In this document: one piece after another, positions 8,351 through 14,958 of the stretch | How positions within the stretch are numbered: position 1 is the stretch's first letter | How the letters are laid out: each line of letters begins with the position of its first letter | Notes under the pieces: generated by a model | Databases searched by the model: none | What the model was told of the DNA's origin: nothing | What the model saw: the letters and a program-made list of their open reading frames with translations, nothing else | Virus record (IMG/VR): IMGVR_UViG_3300038301_000548 | Span: 1-64,000 of that record | DNA length: 64,000 bases | From: a virus | Direction: 5' to 3' (one strand) | Translations under genes and position numbers: made by a program

Positions 8351-8773
8351 TTTTGTATCCTTTCACGATGAGTGGCGCGATATAAACACTAACAACTAGC
8401 ACAATGCCGGCTGCTAATAGTATTGAATCAAGAATTTTTCTGCTTATCACTTTTCTTGATTCTCTCTAACTCTTCCAATATCTTTATTCTATCATCACTT
8501 GGCACAGAAGTCAAGATCTTTGTTGTCTCTGGCTTGGGGAAATTTATAAGGTGCTGTGCTATGCGACGGATGGATGCACTTGAGATTCTGTTCATTCGTT
8601 TCTCCTATTGTTTTACAGCGTGGATTTGGCCGACGAGGACTATCTTCCAGTCGAGGCCGTGGCTATGACGAAAAAGGTAAGCAGACTGTGCAGCTTCTTC
8701 AAAGGTCATTTTGTTTACAATTTTTTGCACTCTGGAGTCTTCAGATTCCAGTATAATTACGTATGGCTTTTCA

Positions 8774-9034
8774 TCAATCATTTTGGTGGTGTCCTGGATA
8801 CATCACGCTGATATGGTAACAGTCTGCAACGTCAACCCGAATGGGTCTGTTTTTATTGCCCTCAACCATCAGCTTTAAGTTTGCATACACTTTTTTGTTC
8901 TTTATATCTATGTCCAGGCCGACGACGCGGGCCTGGTATTTCTGCCCGTTTGACACTTTCACTCTATCCCCTGCTCTAATTTTATTAGGGTTCCATTGAT
9001 CAAACAATTTTTCGATGTCTCGATTTGAAGTCAT
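8774..9034 (-). CDS. Dispersed KOW/SH3-like protein
   Basis: IRAGDRVKV...ARVVGL; follows the promoter at 9066-9094. Confidence 0.6.
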   Translation of the reverse strand: MTSNRDIEKLFDQWNPNKIRAGDRVKVSNGQKYQARVVGLDIDIKNKKVYANLKLMVEGNKNRPIRVDVADCYHISVMYPGHHQND

Positions 9035-9065
9035 ACTTATTCCTTTCCTTAATTCTTACTCTACC

Positions 9066-9094
9066 AGTATACACCATTTAAGACGTAAAGTCAA
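9066..9094 (-). promoter_or_regulatory. sigma70-type promoter
   Basis: TTGACT-N17-TATACT just 3' of the tRNA-Lys. Confidence 0.8.
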
Positions 9095-9102
9095 TAAAAA
9101 AG

Positions 9103-9175
9103 TGGAGCACCTGGGACTCGAACCCAGAACCAGCGGATTAAAAGTCCGATGCGCTGCCAATTGCGCCAGTGCTCC
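9103..9175 (-). tRNA. tRNA-Lys(UUU)
   Basis: GGAGCAC/GTGCTCC acceptor stem, anticodon loop CTTTTAA, T-loop GGTTCGAGTCC; CCA not encoded. Confidence 0.95.
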
Positions 9176-9323
9176 ACATACTACGCTACTTGGATTTTAC
9201 TAAATTTAATCTTCTGGCCATGTTCTGCCAAGAGCGCCTTCTTTTTTTTCTCACAAATCTTTTTGATCGCATAGATGTGCTCTGTTGGTTCTTTATCTAT
9301 TTTATATGTCAAGTGGTAGATCG

Positions 9324-9557
9324 TCATGCCTCACTCACCATGTCTAAGCTGTCGAATGTGGTCCAAAAGGAACCGTAAGCATCGGCCCATCTTACTCTAA
9401 CCGTTGAACATTCAAGCGTTCCATCGCGTCTTGACCGAGGATTGGTCGCGATGACAACCCCGATCTTGGTGACGCTGTACAACTCGGTCTTTTTCTTCTT
9501 AACTAAGTCGCCAATTTTCATGAAGGGTCCATTATTGCGGCCATGGGCCGGCGACAC
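9324..9557 (-). CDS. Dispersed MKIGDLV-family protein (true start probably MKIGDLV, about 9521)
   Basis: MKIGDLVKK...IGVVI...VRVRW...LDMVSEA; codons differ from the array junction. Confidence 0.7.
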   Translation of the reverse strand: MSPAHGRNNGPFMKIGDLVKKKKTELYSVTKIGVVIATNPRSRRDGTLECSTVRVRWADAYGSFWTTFDSLDMVSEA

Positions 9558-9834
9558 AGTTGTCGTTGCCGGGTGGAGTTACGGGTATGTTCTCTAAGTA
9601 TTCTTGATACTTTTTTGTTAGGGACCAGTGAACTTCCATAGTGGACTCCTCAATGGATCCCTCAACCTTGCCTTCACAAATACATGCCAAAAGATTGCAA
9701 AAAACTTCCATTGAGTTGGGACTGTCTAGTGTCCCATCCTGGTATGCATCGGCAATTGCATACAAGATCTTAGTTGCTTGCTTATTAATGTTTTTTTTCG
9801 CTTCCACGAATCCGATCTCATCGTAATGAAACAT
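9532..9834 (-). CDS. Hypothetical protein
   Basis: 100-aa ORF on the coding strand. Confidence 0.55.
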   Translation of the reverse strand: MFHYDEIGFVEAKKNINKQATKILYAIADAYQDGTLDSPNSMEVFCNLLACICEGKVEGSIEESTMEVHWSLTKKYQEYLENIPVTPPGNDNCVAGPWPQ

Positions 9835-9854
9835 GCTTCTACCTTTCCTGTAGT

Positions 9855-10112
9855 TTATGTGTATTTAACTAATCCATGCTGTGTGGGTCTTATGTCGCTA
9901 TCATCGAAATGGTATATGCACTGTTCCTCGTGAAGAAGAGTGATCGCCTGACGGAAATCTATCTTTGTTATATTGAAACCCAATTCAGAAGAATAAGAAG
10001 TAACGTCATCATACAAAGATAGATAAGTTGTCTGTCTGCCTGGCTCATATGGTACCGCTTCCATTATCAGCTTCTTAACTCTGTTTACTTTCACTTTTTC
10101 CTGCTTCTCCAA
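9855..10112 (-). CDS. Hypothetical protein (possible winged helix)
   Basis: 85 aa; helix-helix-wing-like pattern, weak. Confidence 0.5.
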   Translation of the reverse strand: MEKQEKVKVNRVKKLIMEAVPYEPGRQTTYLSLYDDVTSYSSELGFNITKIDFRQAITLLHEEQCIYHFDDSDIRPTQHGLVKYT

Positions 10113-10179
10113 TAGTCAAATAAAACAGAACCAACAAATATCGCTATCGAGAGTTGTAAAATATTTATCACCAAGTCCA

Positions 10180-11463
10180 TCATTTTCTGATCTCAACCTT
10201 TCTTCTTAATACTACTATACCAAGAAAAGCAAGAAAAGTCAATAAAAAACTTTGACTATTTTCAGTACTGAAAGTTGAGCATCCGACGTGGGTCTCGGGA
10301 CCAGTAACCACCAGCCTAAACTTATGCTGCACTGTTGGCGCTGATTCACCATTGGGCCCTTCGAAAAGCGGCTCAAGACTGATTGACATCTCGTATGTTC
10401 CTGGTTGATCCGGGACAAAGCTTGGCATCTCTGGTAAAAGATATTGATATAACGACGCGTCGAGTGTGTATCCAATTGGGTTTGCGATGGTGCTTCGCGA
10501 CCTATGAGGTCGCTTGATGATCGACCAAGTATAATGTCCTGGCTGAGCTTCCCTATTCATAAACAGCCGGAAGTTGACCGTCTCTCCGACGCCTAAAGAC
10601 AAATCAGGGGAGTAAACTTTTAACTCGGCTGTTGGATCTAGACAGTTCTCCTCATCACCATAGACTACAAAGCAATAGTAGTCGTCACAGGCATCGTCGC
10701 CCTTGCCATCTCGGTCGCGGTCCTTCTGGCCTGGGTTGTGTACGCCATTGCAGTTATCTTGATGGTTTGGCACAGTATCCCCGTCCAGATCTGGGTCACA
10801 GACGTCACCTAAACCATCCAGGTCTGTGTCATACTGCTTCGGATTAAATACGCCAGGGCAGTTATCAGGATTATCGCCAAAATCAGATATATTATCAGAG
10901 TCCTGGTCAACAAAGCACTGAGAAAGATCTTCAGGTAAGCCCGGGGACATCGGACATGTATCGACATCATTTAATTCACCATCGTTGTCGATATCAGGGT
11001 CGCACGAGTCACCCATATTGTCGGAATCAGTGTCAATCTGAGCTTTATTGTAAACTGTTTTGCAGTTATCTATCGTGTTTTGGATGCCGTCGCCGTCTAG
11101 GTCCAAGTCACAGGTGTCGCCGATGCCGTCACCGTCAAGGTCAAATTGTTCTTCATTTCTGGTTGTGCGGCAGTTATCACAGGCATCGCCGCGCTGATCT
11201 CCGTCGCGATCAAACTGTTCGCGGTTGGGGGTGCGAGGGCAGTTATCATACGAGTCCTCGATGCCATCATCGTCATAGTCATCGGCTCGCTGGTATGTGT
11301 CTCCCAAGTCAGTATTGGCAACCAAGATAGAACCTCCACCACCATCGGTGCCACCTCCTGATACTTCGGGTGTACCGCATTCAGCATAATTGTTGTCACA
11401 CTCAAATGGTTGTGCGTATACTGTGCCAGACGCCAGTAGCGCAATGATTATATTTTTTAACAT
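10180..11463 (-). CDS. Secreted thrombospondin type-3 repeat protein with a MYXO-CTERM-like anchor
   Basis: Signal peptide MLKNIIIALLASGTVYA (start re-called at 11463); about 10 DxDxDGxxDxxDNC repeats; C-terminus VGCS-linker-FLLTFLAFLGIVVL-RRK. Confidence 0.85.
   Translation of the reverse strand: MLKNIIIALLASGTVYAQPFECDNNYAECGTPEVSGGGTDGGGGSILVANTDLGDTYQRADDYDDDGIEDSYDNCPRTPNREQFDRDGDQRGDACDNCRTTRNEEQFDLDGDGIGDTCDLDLDGDGIQNTIDNCKTVYNKAQIDTDSDNMGDSCDPDIDNDGELNDVDTCPMSPGLPEDLSQCFVDQDSDNISDFGDNPDNCPGVFNPKQYDTDLDGLGDVCDPDLDGDTVPNHQDNCNGVHNPGQKDRDRDGKGDDACDDYYCFVVYGDEENCLDPTAELKVYSPDLSLGVGETVNFRLFMNREAQPGHYTWSIIKRPHRSRSTIANPIGYTLDASLYQYLLPEMPSFVPDQPGTYEMSISLEPLFEGPNGESAPTVQHKFRLVVTGPETHVGCSTFSTENSQSFLLTFLAFLGIVVLRRKVEIRK
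10214..10242 (-). promoter_or_regulatory. sigma70-type promoter
   Basis: TTGACT-N17-TATAGT embedded in the 3' end of the TSP3 gene. Confidence 0.65.
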
Positions 11464-11529
11464 GTTTTCTCCTTTTGTTCGCAACTTTGGTTAGCCAACT
11501 GAGCTGCTTCAGCATATTGTGTTATTATA

Positions 11530-11700
11530 TCATAACTTTCTAAAACTTTTATAGGTTCCTTTTCTCACCCAATCAAGAGCATCGACGTCCTGCCAATGGA
11601 CTCTATACCAAATCTCATAAGGCGGAAACCTATTATTGTTCTTTATCTCAACGATGATACCTCGTGAGCCTCGCATCTCTACTAAGTCACCGATTTTCAC
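11530..11700 (-). CDS. Array cassette gene 20 (MKIGDLV, 56 aa; not in track)
   Basis: MKIGDLVEMRGSRGIIVEIKNNNRFPPYEIWYRVHWQDVDALDWVRKGTYKSFRKL*. Confidence 0.75.
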   Translation of the reverse strand: MKIGDLVEMRGSRGIIVEIKNNNRFPPYEIWYRVHWQDVDALDWVRKGTYKSFRKL

Positions 11701-11848
11701 TGATAACCTCCAGAGATGACTCGTGGACGAAGATTGTCACTCCGTCTGTCCTTAAAACGTCGAAATACCCTTTACCTTGCAGCATACTGATGATGACGCC
11801 AATCGTGTCATGGTTGCGGTATAATCTCACCAAATCACCGACTTTCAC
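11687..11848 (-). CDS. Array cassette gene 19 (53 aa; not in track)
   Basis: MKVGDLVRLYRNHDTIGVIISMLQGKGYFDVLRTDGVTIFVHESSLEVISENR*. Confidence 0.8.
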   Translation of the reverse strand: MKVGDLVRLYRNHDTIGVIISMLQGKGYFDVLRTDGVTIFVHESSLEVISENR

Positions 11849-12029
11849 TTAATTTCCTCAAAGACGTTTCTGAAGCAGTGCCAACTCCACCATGGTGCCA
11901 CAGTATTCTATAGTCAGGGGTATCATATCTGTTGATAAGCCAATCAACACTGAACCCGAGAATGATTCCAACAGGCTTGTTCTTTTCTTTTGCTGGTAGT
12001 GCTATACAGACTAAATCACCGACTTTCAC
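11835..12029 (-). CDS. Array cassette gene 18
   Basis: MKVGDLVCI...VGIIL...YRILW...LSESR*. Confidence 0.8.
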   Translation of the reverse strand: MKVGDLVCIALPAKEKNKPVGIILGFSVDWLINRYDTPDYRILWHHGGVGTASETSLRKLSESR

Positions 12030-12216
12030 TGAGAAGCCTTGCGCTGTGTTCTATTTGCCTGCCTAGTGCAATGCACTTCCCATCTGTCATGACGAGCCAA
12101 TCATATTCATAAGAGTCGCTCCTTGGTAGTTTCTTAATCAAAATAGCAACATAACTTTTCAAGTCAAAATGATTGCCTACTCCACGAGACAACCTCACTA
12201 AATCACCGACTTTCAC
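12016..12216 (-). CDS. Array cassette gene 17
   Basis: MKVGDLVRL...LLSESR*. Confidence 0.8.
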   Translation of the reverse strand: MKVGDLVRLSRGVGNHFDLKSYVAILIKKLPRSDSYEYDWLVMTDGKCIALGRQIEHSARLLSESR

Positions 12217-12388
12217 TGATTAACTCCAAGTTCCATGCGCGACATAACTGCTTTCTCTTCCCAGTGTAACACTCTTTGCTCCAAAGCACCAAATAGGCGA
12301 CGAAATCACCGAAGCTCTCACGTTTTAAGACAATACCTGTCATATCCAAAGAACCTTGGCGATACCTTACCAAATCACCGACATTCAC
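12203..12388 (-). CDS. Array cassette gene 16
   Basis: MNVGDLVRY...TGIVL...YLVLW...LELISESR*. Confidence 0.8.
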   Translation of the reverse strand: MNVGDLVRYRQGSLDMTGIVLKRESFGDFVAYLVLWSKECYTGKRKQLCRAWNLELISESR

Positions 12389-12563
12389 TGATCACCTCCA
12401 ATGCTTTATAGCTCCAAAGCCTTTTGCCATGCGGCGTGAGGACGTGAACGTCTGGATTTAAGAAAGGGCACTTCTCATAACTCGGACAATTTCCAGCATA
12501 ACCAATGCCTGTCACGATGCCTGTGTGTCCTTGGCCGTTCTTTACTAAATCACCGAGCTTCAC
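12375..12563 (-). CDS. Array cassette gene 15
   Basis: MKLGDLVKN...VLTPHGK...ALEVISECR*; first gene after promoter 12602-12630. Confidence 0.8.
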   Translation of the reverse strand: MKLGDLVKNGQGHTGIVTGIGYAGNCPSYEKCPFLNPDVHVLTPHGKRLWSYKALEVISECR

Positions 12564-12601
12564 TACTAGTCTCTGTCTTTCTCTATTGTTTCTACTATTA
12601 T

Positions 12602-12630
12602 AGTATAACAGGTAAGCTACTGAAAGTCAA
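12602..12630 (-). promoter_or_regulatory. sigma70-type promoter, array-type module
   Basis: TTGACT-ttcagtagcttacctgt-TATACT (N17). Confidence 0.85.
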
Positions 12631-12797
12631 GGTTTTTCTATGACTAGCTCTAAGTAATTTTTAGCGATCCACTCTGAGCCGTTTTGAGTGTACACTTTCA
12701 CCATGGTGCCTCTCGTGGGCGTCTCGATAACGACACCCAGCCACTCAGTAGCTCCGGCTTGGGGGAACCTATCTCTAACTAAATCGCCGGCATTCAC
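12627..12797 (-). CDS. Array cassette gene 14 (56 aa; not in track)
   Basis: MNAGDLVRDRFPQAGATEWLGVVIETPTRGTMVKVYTQNGSEWIAKNYLELVIEKP*; TGA lies in the -35 box. Confidence 0.8.
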   Translation of the reverse strand: MNAGDLVRDRFPQAGATEWLGVVIETPTRGTMVKVYTQNGSEWIAKNYLELVIEKP

Positions 12798-12987
12798 TGA
12801 TTAGCTCCATATCCTCTTCACGGTAATACCAGTTCTGTTTTCCGTCATTTATTATCCAGTACCCTTTATCCGTCCACAGCGATGGGCTTGGATAAGATGG
12901 CTTGCCATAATACCCTACCACTACGCAAATAATATCTCTTATCTCCCAGCCTTTGGATCTAACCTTCACTAAATCGCCGGACGTCAC
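12775..12987 (-). CDS. Array cassette gene 13
   Basis: MTSGDLVKV...MELISECRRFS* (junction TGA changed to CGA, 3 extra codons). Confidence 0.75.
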   Translation of the reverse strand: MTSGDLVKVRSKGWEIRDIICVVVGYYGKPSYPSPSLWTDKGYWIINDGKQNWYYREEDMELISECRRFS

Positions 12988-13132
12988 TTACAACCTCGCA
13001 TCCACTGGTAACCCACCAGGCTGTCTTGTTATTCGAATGGACTTTTATCGTACCACCAGCACCGTTGACGTATAACACAACACCAATGTCAGTCCAATGG
13101 CCATAATACTTCACCAAGTCACCGACTTTCAC
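12959..13132 (-). CDS. Array cassette gene 12 (57 aa; not in track)
   Basis: MKVGDLVKYYGHWTDIGVVLYVNGAGGTIKVHSNNKTAWWVTSGCEVVSDVRRFSEG*. Confidence 0.75.
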   Translation of the reverse strand: MKVGDLVKYYGHWTDIGVVLYVNGAGGTIKVHSNNKTAWWVTSGCEVVSDVRRFSEG

Positions 13133-13301
13133 TGATAACCTCTAAAAGTCTTTCGTTTAATGTCTGCTTTAGGTTTCCGTCCAAAGATAAGATAACAAAG
13201 GCTTGTCCGCTCGAATTCGCGAAAGATAGATCTTCACGTTTTCCCACGATAAGGTAGCGTGTTCCGTATCGGATTGTCTTCACCAAATCACCGACTTTCA
13301 T
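13119..13301 (-). CDS. Array cassette gene 11
   Basis: ATG start with SD GGAG after the promoter; ...LLEVISESR*. Confidence 0.8.
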   Translation of the reverse strand: MKVGDLVKTIRYGTRYLIVGKREDLSFANSSGQAFVILSLDGNLKQTLNERLLEVISESR

Positions 13302-13395
13302 TTGAGTTCTCCATTTCTCTATATTATAAGTATAACAGGTAAACCACTGAAAGTCAAGGCTTTTTTTCGCTGAGTAGCTTTAAATCGTAGTCCCA
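13284..13395. repeat. 112-bp perfect direct repeat, copy 1
   Basis: Identical to 14220-14331; spans a gene 3' end, the promoter, SD and the next MKVGD start. Confidence 0.95.
13329..13357 (-). promoter_or_regulatory. sigma70-type promoter, array-type module
   Basis: TTGACT-N17-TATACT. Confidence 0.85.
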
Positions 13396-13548
13396 CACAT
13401 TGTTTCCAATCGTGCCGTTTTGCCACAAGACTTTGAAAGCCTTGTTTAGACGCGGAGAGCCTAGCCGGCCTTCACCCACAAGCACACCAATCTTCGTTGG
13501 TAATGAGCGAGAAGGATAGTTGTCTTTCACCAAATCACCGACTTTCAC
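13354..13548 (-). CDS. Array cassette gene 10
   Basis: MKVGDLVKDNYP...VLWQNG...WDYDLKLLSEKKP*; close paralog of 14290-14475. Confidence 0.85.
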   Translation of the reverse strand: MKVGDLVKDNYPSRSLPTKIGVLVGEGRLGSPRLNKAFKVLWQNGTIGNNVWDYDLKLLSEKKP

Positions 13549-13738
13549 TGATTACCTCCAAGAATCTTATGTCGATTGGTCTGATACCATCTTGACCAAT
13601 CCACATCACGTTTTTGTACCTAACTACATAGGGGCTTTCGTCGGGGTAGGCAGTATTGCCGAAGTCGCCAGTGACTATTCCAAGCAAAATATCTTTCTGC
13701 CCCTTGTGAATATATTTCACCAAATCACCTACTTTCAC
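13535..13738 (-). CDS. Array cassette gene 9
   Basis: MKVGDLVKY...LGIV...FLEVISESR*. Confidence 0.8.
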   Translation of the reverse strand: MKVGDLVKYIHKGQKDILLGIVTGDFGNTAYPDESPYVVRYKNVMWIGQDGIRPIDIRFLEVISESR

Positions 13739-13874
13739 TGATTAACTCCAGATCTGGCTTAGTGGTCCAATACCATTTTCCACTTGGATAAAGGACACGA
13801 TAGTTGTTGAACATAATCTCTACGAGTATGCCAACGCCAAACTCGTATGTCTCGACTAAATCACCGACTTTCAC
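13725..13874 (-). CDS. Array cassette gene 8 (49 aa)
   Basis: GTG start in junction 13861-13875 (track start 13979 is an over-extension); ...LELISESR*. Confidence 0.8.
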   Translation of the reverse strand: MKVGDLVETYEFGVGILVEIMFNNYRVLYPSGKWYWTTKPDLELISESR

Positions 13875-14067
13875 TGATAACCTCAAACTCACCAGGTCGG
13901 TCGCGACGGACAGGGCGGTCTGGATACAATACCATGAGCCAGTAACCGTGAAACGCAGGATTTGGCCCGAGGGGATCAACGTGCTTGCCGGTTACGATTG
14001 CAACTGTCCCTGCTTGGTGTGGTTCAATCTTGCCCCAACGCTTCTTAACTAGGTCACCGACTTTCAT
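13861..14067 (-). CDS. Array cassette gene 7
   Basis: MKVGDLVKK...FEVISESR*. Confidence 0.8.
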   Translation of the reverse strand: MKVGDLVKKRWGKIEPHQAGTVAIVTGKHVDPLGPNPAFHGYWLMVLYPDRPVRRDRPGEFEVISESR

Positions 14068-14237
14068 TACGAAACCACCTCAAAGAAGTCGGCATTGGAC
14101 CAAGATTGTTTAAGGAAGGGGTTCTCTGAACAATGGAGCCTCAACTCCTCAAAACCGCGGGCGGTGCGAGTCTCCATGACTACAAAGAGCTTGTTAGAAT
14201 CAAAACCTAACGCTATTAACAAATCACCGACTTTCAT
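14067..14237 (-). CDS. Array cassette gene 6 (56 aa; not in track)
   Basis: MKVGDLLIALGFDSNKLFVVMETRTARGFEELRLHCSENPFLKQSWSNADFFEVVS*; TAATG overlap. Confidence 0.75.
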   Translation of the reverse strand: MKVGDLLIALGFDSNKLFVVMETRTARGFEELRLHCSENPFLKQSWSNADFFEVVS

Positions 14238-14331
14238 TTGAGTTCTCCATTTCTCTATATTATAAGTATAACAGGTAAACCACTGAAAGTCAAGGCTTTT
14301 TTTCGCTGAGTAGCTTTAAATCGTAGTCCCA
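14220..14331. repeat. 112-bp perfect direct repeat, copy 2
   Basis: Identical to 13284-13395. Confidence 0.95.
14265..14293 (-). promoter_or_regulatory. sigma70-type promoter, array-type module
   Basis: TTGACT-N17-TATACT. Confidence 0.85.
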
Positions 14332-14475
14332 GATGTTGTCTCCAACCTTACCGTTTTGCCACAATACCTTGAACACTTTATTTAGAGCGGTTGAGTGTGG
14401 CACTGAGGCAACAACTATTCCAACCCAGCGTGGGCCGGTTGGGTGGTTGTCTTTCACTAGATCACCGACTTTCAC
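14290..14475 (-). CDS. Array cassette gene 5
   Basis: MKVGDLVKDNHP...VLWQNG...WDYDLKLLSEKKP*. Confidence 0.85.
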   Translation of the reverse strand: MKVGDLVKDNHPTGPRWVGIVVASVPHSTALNKVFKVLWQNGKVGDNIWDYDLKLLSEKKP

Positions 14476-14632
14476 TTATCACCTCGTAATCGACAACCGG
14501 GAAAAAATTATTATCACCCACTACTTGAAAAGCGCGCTCTCCATCTGACCACCTCACAAGATAGACATTTTTCCAGTAAGCATAGCGATCTGTTTTGTGC
14601 TGTCTATGTCTCACTAAATCACCGACTTTCAC
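14462..14632 (-). CDS. Array cassette gene 4 (56 aa; not in track)
   Basis: MKVGDLVRHRQHKTDRYAYWKNVYLVRWSDGERAFQVVGDNNFFPVVDYEVISESR*. Confidence 0.8.
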   Translation of the reverse strand: MKVGDLVRHRQHKTDRYAYWKNVYLVRWSDGERAFQVVGDNNFFPVVDYEVISESR

Positions 14633-14786
14633 TGACTAACTCCAACAAATTTTTGTCCATATTGTATTGAGTGTTGGTGTCAAAGAAAAGGACCATACAC
14701 CTGTCGTTCTTCAGGTCATGAGTTATAATACCAAAACGCGTGGGAGTCCAGCGCGGTGTTTGTTTCACCAAATCACCGACTTTCAC
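14619..14786 (-). CDS. Array cassette gene 3 (55 aa; not in track)
   Basis: MKVGDLVKQTPRWTPTRFGIITHDLKNDRCMVLFFDTNTQYNMDKNLLELVSESR*. Confidence 0.8.
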   Translation of the reverse strand: MKVGDLVKQTPRWTPTRFGIITHDLKNDRCMVLFFDTNTQYNMDKNLLELVSESR

Positions 14787-14958
14787 TAATAACCTCCAAT
14801 GCTGTAAAGGCTAATAGCATTTTGCTATGTGGTGTCAAGACAGTAACGGTGGGTCCATACTGCTCGCGGTCCCAGGCACTCTCCCTGCCAGTGTATCCAA
14901 TAGCCAACACCACACCGATATCGCCTCGGCCGCTTCTTACCAAATCACCGACTTTCAT
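14773..14958 (-). CDS. Array cassette gene 2
   Basis: MKVGDLVRS...VLTPHSK...ALEVISESR*; paralog of 12375-12563. Confidence 0.8.
   Translation of the reverse strand: MKVGDLVRSGRGDIGVVLAIGYTGRESAWDREQYGPTVTVLTPHSKMLLAFTALEVISESR

Noticed and set aside
13725-13979. Track start positions for several ORFs (13979, 480, 19281, 54882, 11484, 42484)
   Set aside because: These are longest-ORF over-extensions into upstream genes; better starts coincide with junctions, SDs, stop/start overlaps or signal peptides.
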